DNA of 64,000 nt from an uncultured delta proteobacterium (GTDB taxonomy: Bacteria > Desulfobacterota > Desulfobulbia > Desulfobulbales > Desulfocapsaceae), in contig CAVUXQ010000034.1 in assembly GCA_963745265.1 (NCBI GenBank), positions 41,560 through 105,559 of the forward strand, in the 5' to 3' direction. The notes under the pieces were generated by a model, which was not told the DNA's origin, did no database searches, and saw only the letters and a program-made list of their open reading frames with translations. This document shows, piece by piece, positions 32,701 through 41,766 of this stretch; position 1 is the first letter of the stretch, and each line of letters opens with the position of its first letter. A program made the translations under genes and the position numbers.

Positions 32701-34020
32701 CATGATCAGATGCAGCCACACCCTGATATTGCTCAGGTGTGCCGGATTGACCAGCGGCTGCCAGTTTTCATCCACACCGGCAACGTTGGCATGCTGGAAT
32801 CCAAAGCGCACCACCCCCCAGAGAAAGGCCTCCACCATACGGCTGTTGCCGCGGTCAAAAACCTCCCCTCCCAGCACCTGAATGCACTGCAGGGAAGTAT
32901 GCGGGAATTTGCGCACGTTGGCCTTAAGGAGCTGGAAGGTGGTCAGCAGAAAGTCCTCGATCTCCTCGAACGACTGCTGCCGTACGAGTATCACCAAACT
33001 GCGGTTGATCTCTCGCAGGGTCTCCTCGTGGATCAGGTACAGCCCCCTGGTGTCCATGATCTTAAAGAGAAAAAGCAGCTTTTGATTCTCAAGAAACTGA
33101 TGAAGCTGCGTCCCCTCTTCATCCGTAACCGCCCACTCATCTTCGGCTTTCACAAATACATTTGGAACTTCGCGGTAATATCTGACAATATCCACATGCC
33201 CCGGCATTTCCAGCATCAACCCGAGGGCCGAGATCGGGTCGACGGCCAGATCAATGGATTCGAGTACCCGGATATGCTCGCGCATGGCAGCATGAGAGAT
33301 CTCGCCGAAGAGCGAAGCGCAATCCTCATCCTTTTCAAGAATCCGGCAATGTTCCTTGAACCAGGGCAGCGGATCGTCCTCTTGCAGCCAGTACTGGTAG
33401 TTTTTTCTAAATACGGTGCGCAGCAACGAGGCCAGAGGCAGATAGTCAAACACGACCTCCCCCTGCTCTTTAATTTCAACCAGCCGTGTTGCTATTTTTT
33501 TTACGGAATGCTGGCCGTGCACGATATAGATTATGATCTCCTCGTCTTCCCTGTCCAGCCGCTCGATCTGGTGAAACATCTCATTGAGCGGGGCCTCGAA
33601 ACGACCGAGGTCCTTCCGGTTGAACAGGGTGATCATCTTATCTATCCAGGCCAGCTTTGCCCCCACCACCTGGTTGAGCAGCGTCGGATTACGACGGCAG
33701 TCTTCAAGGGCCTCGAAAAAGAGGCGCGAAAACAACCGAAAGGCATCCGGGCCTTTCTCGTGGACCCGGTAATGCCCGCTGTTTTTGAGGACGAAACTGC
33801 GAAGCTGCGGGAGGATGATCCGCCAGTTGCGAAACGGATGGCATATTTCGTAGAGCAGCTTTTCAAGCGACGAGTGCAACCCCTTGTATTTCTCTACGAT
33901 TTCAAGAAGCAGCAGCAGTTCGGGATCTATCTCGACCTTGCCCGCCGTCTCCAGCAAGTTCGCTCTGAGGGCATCCGATTCGATAACATCGGTGTCATTT
34001 TCATTTTTCATAAACAGCAT
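29737..34020 (-). CDS. large PPDK-like dikinase-family protein: about 870-aa unknown helical N-terminal region + PPDK_N ATP-grasp + phosphohistidine swivel domain, no TIM barrel
   Basis: The C-terminal third reads NIPVPPAFVITTEIF...PLLLSVRSGGAISMPGMMATVHNVG...YRRFLQSW...WGTAVIVQAMVFGN...GSGVVFT...GDQGEDIVSGL...EIEFTFE...LYLLQTRDM, then LLTSRGGQTSHASVVAVRLEKTCVVGV. The start is uncertain (ATG 34020 or 34011; the maximal ORF runs to 34122). Confidence 0.8.
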   Translation of the reverse strand: MLFMKNENDTDVIESDALRANLLETAGKVEIDPELLLLLEIVEKYKGLHSSLEKLLYEICHPFRNWRIILPQLRSFVLKNSGHYRVHEKGPDAFRLFSRLFFEALEDCRRNPTLLNQVVGAKLAWIDKMITLFNRKDLGRFEAPLNEMFHQIERLDREDEEIIIYIVHGQHSVKKIATRLVEIKEQGEVVFDYLPLASLLRTVFRKNYQYWLQEDDPLPWFKEHCRILEKDEDCASLFGEISHAAMREHIRVLESIDLAVDPISALGLMLEMPGHVDIVRYYREVPNVFVKAEDEWAVTDEEGTQLHQFLENQKLLFLFKIMDTRGLYLIHEETLREINRSLVILVRQQSFEEIEDFLLTTFQLLKANVRKFPHTSLQCIQVLGGEVFDRGNSRMVEAFLWGVVRFGFQHANVAGVDENWQPLVNPAHLSNIRVWLHLIMREPKWCSTLFSALIIHLKLSGTCIKDTDLFQRDITELLNHPIEPIYNLAKQFTKLMPVFYNEIGSEGELRDVSTELDEIHRRKDLLIHFLRKQGHVESSNLIVDFIKAIFQFWKTREKQVLEPFLPEEVYSQVACTGPFVDSQQVLCDRAWRQLGISEVDDLLSLRQEKLSDFLGSQGDVEQHEVRRFELLVKMYQLLYKKYQLGFQEIRTELQQAVHDGFPEMEKVLEALVIEDTEQCLEVILTALEELKSTILSKEKFEAREDIYYKRHIAVDIPSVYGRYKERKFDALSLTFRLENLANIYLEKLPETVNLTFITQSTFWNIVRCLRLFMQALRIDGITSRRLDTYLSLLTSSLKVRRFSYTQYLDIFRGLSEGVKDVIYASYTNIHQNNLSMLIPRIGRENLLPKYKSLYEEGDVSTSVQRLSEAFLRELISSTFGLQHLDNFILRIIQILESQKDKLDKRNLDLLMTYNQDKAISLLHKPNPFTHNLIHLGNKGFNLATLMAENIPVPPAFVITTEIFRCRDVVFGYSQARGEFMQRIRESLTEIEALTGRIYGSPDRPLLLSVRSGGAISMPGMMATVHNVGFNKDIIAEYVARGGNEYVAWDNYRRFLQSWAMISGVEREDFQELMDEAKARHGVALKRQFSAAQMKDLALSYQKLVRQRGLGIPEDPWLQLVNAVELVLDSWGTQKATDYRRIMDVSDSWGTAVIVQAMVFGNLSDTAGSGVVFTAHPYRKVQRVALWGDYAYGDQGEDIVSGLVTSCAISVEQAQLDGRDVDETLERRFPAIYNELLEISRDLVYVKRWNPQEIEFTFEGPEPDQLYLLQTRDMITIKKKEHLDVFVETEVLEASYLGQGVGVSGSAFSGRAVFTEEHIRELRVKDPASPLILIRQDTVPEDIKVINMADALLTSRGGQTSHASVVAVRLEKTCVVGVKQLKVYETAQYCEIGGCRIQFGDAVSIDGRNGVVLRGTHPIREEYHILPI

Positions 34021-34188
34021 TCGGTGGTGGTTTATTGCCGCCTCGGGCGCGTATCCGATGCGAGGCCGGATCTCCCTCTGCCCTTTATTTGACCAGCAAC
34101 ATCTGCGCCGTCGCCATTGCATGCGCCAACGTCAGGATCAACCGCTGGCTTACGGCAAAAGGCTCAATCCGACAGGGTCCCAGGAGTT

Positions 34189-35193
34189 CTAAAGCGCTTT
34201 GTTGGCATCCATGTGCAATATAAGATCGAGCATCCTGTTGGAATACCCCCATTCGTTATCATACCAACTCATCACCTTGACCGTTTTGCCGATCACCTTT
34301 GTTGACTGGCCGTCGACCACTGAAGAGTGATTATCTCCCTTGAAATCGATGGAAACGAGCGGGAGGTCGGTGTAGCCGAGATAGCGGTTTGTCGCCTCCC
34401 GCAATGCCTGGTTGACTTCAGCCACCGTGGTCTCCCGCTCCACCTCCATCACTGCATCGACCAGGGAAACCGTGGGAGTCGGCACCCTTACCGCCAGGCC
34501 GTCGAATTTCCCTTTCAGCTCCGGGATAACCAGGGATACCGCGGCGGCAGCGCCGGTCTTGGTGGGAATCATGGAGAGGGCGGCGGCACGGGCCCGGCGC
34601 GGATCGGAATGCGGAAAGTCGAGCAGTCGCTGATCGCCGGTGTAGGCATGAACAGTGGTCATCAATCCGCGCTCGATACCGAAGTTATCGAGAATCACCT
34701 TGGTAAAGGGCGCCAAGCAGTTGGTGGTGCAGGAAGCGTTGGAGACAATATGGTGCCGAGTGGCGTCATATTCATCCTCGTTGACCCCCATCACGAACGT
34801 CTTGACATTGCCCTTGGCGGGCGCTGAAATGACGACCTTGTTGGCGCCGGCATCGATATGGGCCTGCGCGGACTCGGCGTCGCGAAAAATCCCTGTACTC
34901 TCTGCGACATAATCGACACCGAGTTCACCCCAGGGGATATCGGCAGGATGGCGATGGCTGGAGACGACGACGCGACAACCGTCGACCAAGATCCCATCAT
35001 CGTCGCTTGTCACCTGCTTTTCATAGGTGCCCATGACGGAATCGTATTGCAGGAGGTGGGCAAGAGTCGCATTGTCGGTCAGATCGTTGATGGCAACGAC
35101 CTCGATGTCTGCAAAGGCTGGATCCTTGCTGAGCGCCCTGAACATGTTCCTGCCAATGCGTCCGAATCCGTTAATCCCAATTCGTATAGTCAT
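34189..35193 (-). CDS. gap: type I glyceraldehyde-3-phosphate dehydrogenase
   Basis: MTIRIGINGFGRIGRNMFR...SNASCTTNCLAP...WYDNEWGYSNR. 334 aa. Confidence 0.95.
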   Translation of the reverse strand: MTIRIGINGFGRIGRNMFRALSKDPAFADIEVVAINDLTDNATLAHLLQYDSVMGTYEKQVTSDDDGILVDGCRVVVSSHRHPADIPWGELGVDYVAESTGIFRDAESAQAHIDAGANKVVISAPAKGNVKTFVMGVNEDEYDATRHHIVSNASCTTNCLAPFTKVILDNFGIERGLMTTVHAYTGDQRLLDFPHSDPRRARAAALSMIPTKTGAAAAVSLVIPELKGKFDGLAVRVPTPTVSLVDAVMEVERETTVAEVNQALREATNRYLGYTDLPLVSIDFKGDNHSSVVDGQSTKVIGKTVKVMSWYDNEWGYSNRMLDLILHMDANKAL

Positions 35194-35297
35194 CTGTAAT
35201 CTCCTTTTGCGAAGTTATCCTCCAACTATGCACGTCAGCTTGATCGTGCCCAAATGGGGTTCCTATAAACACTTGTGTCTTGTCGACGGCTTGGTTT

Positions 35298-36917
35298 CTA
35301 AGCCGGTGATCTCTGCTCTCGTGCCCTGCCGTACAGGTCGAGATACTCCTTAATCACCACCTTCCAGGTATGGTGCCTGCTGATCGTCTTCACCCCCTGG
35401 CGCTGCACTCGCCGCATGGTTTCCGGCCGCTGGAACAATTCCACGGCTCGTTCCAGGGTTGCCTTCAGCGCCGATGCCGAGCCGCCGCTATAGGCGAGGC
35501 CGGTTACGCCGTCTTTTACCTTGACCAGCCCCCCCACCTGATGCACTACCGGAATATTGCCAAAGAGCTGGGCAATATAATCCGTCAGTCCGCAGGGCTC
35601 GAATCGCGAGGGGATGACAAAAAAATCGCCAGCCGCATACACCAGGTTGGCCAGCTCGGGGCTGTACCCGCGCAGGAAACAGAGTCGGCCGCTCAAACCG
35701 CTTTTTTCGGTCAATGAAATAACACTCGCCTCCTGGATTTCCCCGCCGCTGCCAAGAATCACCGCCTGACCGACGCTGCCATCGGCAAACAGATCGCCTA
35801 TGGCTTCGAGGAAAATATCGACGCCCTTCTGCTCGCTTAACCGGCCGATGAAGGTGAAGAGCGGTTCATCCGCATTTTCCCCCAATCTCCCGTACTGTCG
35901 GACCGGGATGAGCTCGACACCGGCCGAAAGCACTCGCAGCAGGTGCACCTTGCACTCGCGTTTTCCGTCCAACCTCTTGCTGCCCGAGTCCGGGGCGTAG
36001 CTTGCCGGCAGACCCATTCGAACGCTGTTTCTCGGGTTGAACTGGTCGGGATCTATGCCATTGGTAATACCTTCCAGGACGACACCGCGCTCCAGAAGGG
36101 TATGACCAAGCCAATCGGTTCGGAGATCTTCGCTCGTTTTCTGTAATTCCCGGGCGTAGTTGGCGCTGACGGTATTCATTACCGCATTTGAACCGGCGGA
36201 GAGCAGCGGATCGAATTTGCCGTCCAGCCGGTGATCGACGATGTGCTGCCAGGACAGCCCCGTTATCGCCCGGGCAAAGGGGAGATCCGCCACCTCCTGG
36301 TGATAGCCGACTCCGGCGTTGTGGATGGTGACCAGGCAACCGGTATCACGAAAATAGCTGCGCCAGCCCTCCCGTTCGTGGGCCAGCGCCGGCACCAGAG
36401 CGGTATGCCCGTCATGACAGTGGATAACATCCGGCCTCTCTCCGAGGATGACCATGAGTTCCAGGCTGCTCTTCTGCAGCAGGACATTCATGGCGAAATA
36501 GTCGTAATGCCCCATACCGGGCTTTTTCCAACTCTCCGCTCCCGTTTCCTCCTCGGTATAGGTATAAACACTGTTTTTTTCCCGGAAACGATCGGCATCT
36601 ATGAGATAGAGCGTCACGTTGGCCATACGCCCCACCCATACCCGGCACAATTCCCGCCGCTCCTCCCGGCCGTAATCCATATCAATCGGGAATTCGAGCG
36701 GGCGGTTGGGCGACGAAGGATCGAACAATGGTGCAAAACCATGTTGTTCCGGCTGGATAAATCCATAACGAGGCAGAACGACAGCCACTCGCCGTTGCGA
36801 ATCGGCCGCCAACGTCACGGCAAGCTGGCTGACCATGTCCTTAACCCCGCCGGCCCCTGCGAGGTCTCCATATTCGCGGCTGAGCATCCAGATATTGTGT
36901 ATCGGCCCCTGTTTCAT
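35298..36917 (-). CDS. glgA: glycogen/starch synthase-like glycosyltransferase (GT5 family)
   Basis: IWMLSREYGDLAGAGGVKDMVSQLA (the KxGGL-like motif region), HCHDGHTALVP and the C-terminal GT-B block FVIPSRFEPCGLTDYIAQLFG. The start is set at the internal ATG MKQGPIH, 12 nt after the aroC stop. Confidence 0.8.
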   Translation of the reverse strand: MKQGPIHNIWMLSREYGDLAGAGGVKDMVSQLAVTLAADSQRRVAVVLPRYGFIQPEQHGFAPLFDPSSPNRPLEFPIDMDYGREERRELCRVWVGRMANVTLYLIDADRFREKNSVYTYTEEETGAESWKKPGMGHYDYFAMNVLLQKSSLELMVILGERPDVIHCHDGHTALVPALAHEREGWRSYFRDTGCLVTIHNAGVGYHQEVADLPFARAITGLSWQHIVDHRLDGKFDPLLSAGSNAVMNTVSANYARELQKTSEDLRTDWLGHTLLERGVVLEGITNGIDPDQFNPRNSVRMGLPASYAPDSGSKRLDGKRECKVHLLRVLSAGVELIPVRQYGRLGENADEPLFTFIGRLSEQKGVDIFLEAIGDLFADGSVGQAVILGSGGEIQEASVISLTEKSGLSGRLCFLRGYSPELANLVYAAGDFFVIPSRFEPCGLTDYIAQLFGNIPVVHQVGGLVKVKDGVTGLAYSGGSASALKATLERAVELFQRPETMRRVQRQGVKTISRHHTWKVVIKEYLDLYGRAREQRSPA

Positions 36918-36928
36918 GGTCGCTACCC

Positions 36929-38000
36929 TTACGGTGAAATGGCCCGCTGACGCAGCAGCTGGTCGACCAGGGTCAGGCGAACCATCGCCTCGCAAACCGG
37001 AATCACCCTGGGGATGGCGGAAATGTCGTGTCGACCGCCGATCTTGATGGTAACGGCCTCACCGGAGGTATTGACGGTCTGTTGCTCGCGGCCTATAGAG
37101 GGAATCGGTTTGACCGCAACCCGCATCACCAGCTCCTGGCCGCTGGAAATCCCGGCGAGCGTCCCACCGGCATTGTTGCCGGCAAACCCGTCCGGAGTGA
37201 TGGGATCGTTGCTTTCCGAGCCGAGCATCTCGGCCACTGCAAATCCGGCGCCGAACTCAACACCCTTCACCGCCCCGATGGAGAGCAGGCCGCGGGCCAA
37301 TTCCGCCTCCAGCTTATCAAACACCGGTTCCCCCAAGCCAGCCGGACAGTTGGCCCGGATCTCAACGACACCGCCCAGGGTATCTCCCTGAGCACGCACC
37401 TCGCGCACCCGCTCTTCCATACGCAGAGCCGCTTCCCTGTCCGGGCAGTAGTACGGATTATCGGCAAGCGCCTGCATATCCCTCTCTTTCGCTCTAATTC
37501 CACCCAGGGCGATGGTATAGGCACGGACCGTGATCCCCTCCCGTTCCAGCACCTGGGCAGCGATTGCCCCCGGCCGCCACCCTGGCCGCCGTCTCGCGGG
37601 CAGAGGCCCGACCTCCACCGCGATGGTCGCGCAGACCATACTTGGCATGATAGGTGATATCCCCATGACCTGGACGATAGATATCCCGCAGGTGGTCGTA
37701 GGATTTGGAGTGAGCGTCCTTGTTGAAAATAGCCAGCGAGATAGGGGTCCCCGTGGTTATGGGCGCACTCTCGCCCTCTGGAGTGAATATGCCGGAGAGA
37801 ATCTCCACCCGGTCGGGCTCCTTACGGGGACTGGAGGCCCCGCCCTGGCCAGGGCGACGCCGGTTCATCTCCTGCTCTAGACGAGCCGAATCGAGCGTGA
37901 CCCCGGCGGGGCAACCGTCAATCACCGCTCCGATCGCGGTCCCGTGGGATTCCCCCCAGGTTGTCACCCGAAATGTCGTGCCATAGGTATTTCCCGCCAT
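36929..38000 (-). pseudogene. aroC: chorismate synthase, frameshifted in a C5 run (37567..37571)
   Basis: ORF 37494..38000 gives [20 protein letters not shown]...[39 protein letters not shown] 36929..37666 continues [17 protein letters not shown]...GGRHDISAIPRVIPVCEAMV. Confidence 0.9.
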
Positions 38001-38542
38001 TATTGTTCACCCTTGCTTTCTCGCCCGGTAAAGGCGTCGACAATCTGACTCACCGTTTCTTCCACCGAAAGGCGGCCGGTATCAATATGGATATGCGCAT
38101 ATTCCCTGTACAACGGCAACCGTTCACCGAGGACTCCTTCCATCTCGGCAACGACCGCCTTCCCTGTGAGCGAGGGACGAGAGGCATCGCCATTGTCGAC
38201 CCTGCTCAACCGCCTGCGCAAAACGCCTGGCTCCACTTCAAGATAGACGACCAGGGCCCGATCGCGAATCCACTGCCAGGCCCGGCGGTGGAGTACGGCA
38301 CCGCCCCCGGTCGCCACAACCCGCCGACGTCCGCCGGCTGCCTCTTCGAGCGCCTTTTCCTCGAGCCGACGGAACTCCCGCCAGCCGCCCCGCTCGACGA
38401 TCTCGCGGACCGTCTTCTGATGTGCATCGCAAATCAACTGGTCGGTATCGATGAACTCAAAACCGAGACATTCTGCAAGCTTGCTGCCGACCGTCGTCTT
38501 TCCCGCTGCCCGAAAACCGATAAGAAAAATCAATTCATCCAT
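38000..38542 (-). CDS. aroK: shikimate kinase
   Basis: [37 protein letters not shown] (P-loop plus shikimate-kinase N-terminus). The stop TAA overlaps the aroC ATG (TAATG). The start is the internal ATG of ORF 38000..38698. Confidence 0.85.
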   Translation of the reverse strand: MDELIFLIGFRAAGKTTVGSKLAECLGFEFIDTDQLICDAHQKTVREIVERGGWREFRRLEEKALEEAAGGRRRVVATGGGAVLHRRAWQWIRDRALVVYLEVEPGVLRRRLSRVDNGDASRPSLTGKAVVAEMEGVLGERLPLYREYAHIHIDTGRLSVEETVSQIVDAFTGRESKGEQ

Positions 38543-39226
38543 GATAGGTCTGTATTCACCTGGCGCGATCCGAAAAGATGGGAATACCCTCCTCGCCCCA
38601 ATATGCAACAACGATAAGAACATCCAGCCGGCGTTCCCATGGTCTTTTACCGTTTGATCGCCAAATTCGATCCGGCACAAGCCACGGCTCGGGCTCACGC
38701 GAGAGAGATCGCATCCCCTCTGAGAAAGGGATACGCTGGCACTTCAAATGGGCCGGAAAATGCAGGGAAAAAGAGGCAAGAGAGTCTGCGTCACGTTCTT
38801 CTTTGCGACCTGCATTCAAATTGCACCGACAACAAGTCACAACTGATCCGCTTCACCGATATCTCAACGACTCCTCGCATTCGGAACAACGAAGAGTCAA
38901 GGGAATGCTGCCGTTCCTGGATGGGTATCTCTTTTATATGTATCTGTATACTATTCTCTTCATCCCGGTTGTCAAGCTGAGATACCAGATATCCCCTCAA
39001 TATCAAACCGAATACAATTATGTATTTCCCCCCTTTTCTCCCCGGGAAAACCGCGGCATACCGACGTCAATCGCCCCGTAGATTATCCTGGGCTGTTTGC
39101 GTGACCATGATAACCACATACCCAGTATCAAATATAGGACGGCATTGACTTTTCGAAAATAGGCCGATCCGAGAAAAAAATGGCTCTATTCCACTCCCTT
39201 TCCCCAATACCAGCGAGCTCCCGTCA

Positions 39227-39255
39227 TTGACTGGGCACCAAAAAAATCCTATAAT
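39227..39255 (+). promoter_or_regulatory. near-consensus sigma70 promoter upstream of yjbQ
   Basis: TTGACT (39227..39232), exactly 17 nt, then TATAAT (39250..39255), 47 nt upstream of the ATG at 39303. Confidence 0.45.
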
Positions 39256-39302
39256 GGTCAAACAGATAGAACGTTCATCAGTCAATCCACACTGGAGCCG
39301 CA

Positions 39303-39713
39303 ATGACAGCAGGTACATTTTCGCTCACAACTCGAGCCCATATGGAAATGATCGATATCACCGAGACGGTGCAATCCGTTCTTGAGAACCACCATATGCA
39401 GTCCGGCTTCTGCTATCTCTATAATCCCCATACCACCGCAGGTCTTACCATCAACGAAGGAGCCGATCCAGACGTACGGACAGACATTATCAACGCCCTA
39501 AGGCGGATCGTTCCCGCTGATATGCCCTATAAGCACCGGGAAGGGAACTCCCCCTCTCACGTCATGGCATCGCTTATGGGTTGTTCACTCACTCTCGCCA
39601 TAAGCGGCGGCCGCCCGGTGCTCGGCACCTGGCAACGCATATTTTTCTGTGAATTCGATGGCCCGCGCACCAGAAAGGTGCAATGGCACCTTGACACCAC
39701 GCTCCACCCTTAG
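39303..39713 (+). CDS. yjbQ: YjbQ/UPF0047 family (secondary thiamine-phosphate synthase enzyme)
   Basis: HTTAGLTINEGADPDVRTDI...EGNSPSHVMASLMGCSLTL...GTWQRIFFCEFDGPRTR are hallmark YjbQ blocks. Confidence 0.85.
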   Translation: MTAGTFSLTTRAHMEMIDITETVQSVLENHHMQSGFCYLYNPHTTAGLTINEGADPDVRTDIINALRRIVPADMPYKHREGNSPSHVMASLMGCSLTLAISGGRPVLGTWQRIFFCEFDGPRTRKVQWHLDTTLHP

Positions 39714-39730
39714 CCCCACCCAGGATTACC

Positions 39731-39994
39731 ATGAAACAACAGTTATCGGATATGATCTGTTTCGGCCTGAGCCATGAGCTGGATATACAGTCCTTTTCCT
39801 CCTATCTGCAGCTCGCCGGCCGTCCCGCCTTCGCCAAGGTCCTGGCCTCGCGCCTTTCCAGCGAAGAAATTGAAGAGTTCGTCACCAGTTTTACAAAGCT
39901 CCTCAGACGACATATCAGCGAAGACGAGTACCACGCTCTTTTCCTCGCCGAGCAAGGCGACACACAATCACCATCCCGAGAGGAGAAGGCGTGA
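39731..39994 (+). CDS. hypothetical 87-aa protein, translationally coupled to the UbiD-family gene
   Basis: The ORF ends in GTGA, overlapping the GTG start of the next gene. I recognise no family. Confidence 0.45.
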   Translation: MKQQLSDMICFGLSHELDIQSFSSYLQLAGRPAFAKVLASRLSSEEIEEFVTSFTKLLRRHISEDEYHALFLAEQGDTQSPSREEKA

Positions 39995-41766
39995 CAACCA
40001 AACTCTACGATTTGCGCAGTTATCTCGACCTGCTCAGAAAAAAGGGGGAGCTGCTGGTAATTGACAAGGAGGTCGATCCCCATCTGGAGATTGCCGAGAT
40101 CCACCGACGCGTCATCAGCCGCGGCGGTCCCGCGCTGCTTTTCGCCAAAGTCTCGGGTTCCGCCTTCCCGGTGGTTACCAACCTTTTCGGGACCAGCGCC
40201 AGACTTGAGCTCGCTTTCGGCGACAAACCCACCCAGTTCGTCCGTGACGTCGTTCGCCTCGCGGAAACCGTGATGCCTCTCTCCGCGGGCAAACTCTGGG
40301 CCCAACGCCACCTCTTCTTCGACAGCCTGAAAATCGGCCTGAAACGCTCGTCCAAAGGACCTTTACTCGAGAATTGCCAATGTCCGGCCCGGCTCACCAG
40401 CCTGCCCATGCTCACCTCCTGGCACAGCGACGGCGGGCCCTTCGTCACCCTGCCGCTGGTCTATACCGAGCACCCCGAAGGTCGGGGTCACAACCTGGGC
40501 ATGTACCGGATCCAACGCTACGACGATACCACCACCGGCATCCACTGGCAGATTCACAAAGGGGGTGGCTATCACTATTTCGAGGCGGAAAAGAAAAACC
40601 AGCCGTTGCCGCTCACCCTCTTTATCGGTGGTCCTCCGGCGCTGATGCTCTCAGCCATCGCGCCCTTGCCCGAAGACATCCCGGAACTCGTCCTCACCTC
40701 ACTGCTTATGGGCGGCAAGCTGAAGATGGTCAAAGACCCCCGGGGCGGCCACGATCTGGTCGCCCACGCGGAGTTTGCCATCAAGGGCGAGGTCCCGCCC
40801 CATATTCGCAGGCCTGAGGGCCCGTTCGGCGACCATTACGGTTACAATTCACTTGCCCACGACTACCCGGTCTTCCAGGTTAGCCATCTCTATCATCGCG
40901 ACCGGGCCATCTATCCGGCCACCGTGGTCGGCAGACCCAAACAAGAAGACTTTTACATCGGCGATTACCTCCAGGAGCTGCTCTCGCCACTCTTCCCCCT
41001 GGTGATGAAAGGGGTCAAACAGCTGAAGACCTTTGGTGAAACCGGCTTTCACTGCCTCGCCGCCGCCCGGGTGGCAGACAGGTACCCTCGGGAAGCTTTC
41101 GCCTGCGGTCTGCGCATCCTCGGAGAGGGTCAACTCTCGCTCACCAAGTTTCTGATCGTCACCGACGGTGATCTTGATATCTGCGACTTCGCCGCTCTCT
41201 GGCCGCACGTGCTGGAGCGGGTCAAATGGGACCGGGACCTCTTTGTATTCGCCAATGTCTCCCAGGACACGCTCGACTACACTGGTCCATCGGTCAATAA
41301 GGGCTCGAAAGCCATGCTGATGGGGCTTGGCCGTGACAAGATCAGGGAACTGCCAAGGGAATTTCACGGCTCCCTGCCTCCCGACTGCACGCGCCCCACG
41401 GTGTTTCTTCCCGGCACCCTGGTGGTGCAAGGCGTATCCTATAAAGAAAACCCTGATCTCGGCGGGCAGCTGGCCACCTGGGAGGGACTTGGCGACTGGC
41501 CATTCGTTCTGCTTGTCGACAGTACCGAGGCGGCCACTTGTTCCATGCAGGAGTTTCTCTGGACATTTTTCACTCGCTTCGAACCGGCAAACGACCTCTA
41601 TGGCGCCGCCACGTCGGTCCAGCGATTCCACGTAGGGCTGCGGCAGCCAATCGTGGTCGATTGCCGCATGAAACCCTGGTACACCGAAGTTCTGGAAGTG
41701 GATCAGGCCACCCGTAACCTGGTCGATGCCAAGATCGACCGTATCATCCCCGCCGGATTCCGATGA
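39991..41766 (+). CDS. UbiD-family decarboxylase (menaquinone-biosynthesis-type, long form)
   Basis: LRSYLDLLRKKGELLVIDKEVDPHLEIAEIHRRV...GPALLFAKV...NLFGT...TLPLVYTEHPE...NLGMYRIQ...IHWQIHKGG is the typical UbiD N-terminal and core pattern. 591 aa. Confidence 0.85.
   Translation: MTTKLYDLRSYLDLLRKKGELLVIDKEVDPHLEIAEIHRRVISRGGPALLFAKVSGSAFPVVTNLFGTSARLELAFGDKPTQFVRDVVRLAETVMPLSAGKLWAQRHLFFDSLKIGLKRSSKGPLLENCQCPARLTSLPMLTSWHSDGGPFVTLPLVYTEHPEGRGHNLGMYRIQRYDDTTTGIHWQIHKGGGYHYFEAEKKNQPLPLTLFIGGPPALMLSAIAPLPEDIPELVLTSLLMGGKLKMVKDPRGGHDLVAHAEFAIKGEVPPHIRRPEGPFGDHYGYNSLAHDYPVFQVSHLYHRDRAIYPATVVGRPKQEDFYIGDYLQELLSPLFPLVMKGVKQLKTFGETGFHCLAAARVADRYPREAFACGLRILGEGQLSLTKFLIVTDGDLDICDFAALWPHVLERVKWDRDLFVFANVSQDTLDYTGPSVNKGSKAMLMGLGRDKIRELPREFHGSLPPDCTRPTVFLPGTLVVQGVSYKENPDLGGQLATWEGLGDWPFVLLVDSTEAATCSMQEFLWTFFTRFEPANDLYGAATSVQRFHVGLRQPIVVDCRMKPWYTEVLEVDQATRNLVDAKIDRIIPAGFR

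Noticed and set aside
31531-34092. 853-aa ORF on the plus strand, plus several other long ORFs (e.g. 30070..30771, 30781..31296), lying antisense to the giant dikinase gene
   Set aside because: It lies entirely inside and opposite a gene with clear domain content. Its translation has no recognisable motif and the skewed composition typical of antisense frames. Long stop-free antisense frames are expected when the sense gene avoids TTA/CTA/TCA codons.
39266-39282. GAACGTTC-type palindromes (also at about 5830 and about 6883) as LexA/Cheo-box-like operator sites
   Set aside because: Cheo boxes have a 4-nt spacer (GAAC-N4-GTTC), whereas these have none. The motif is the terminal core of the family-2 repeat, which explains its recurrence.
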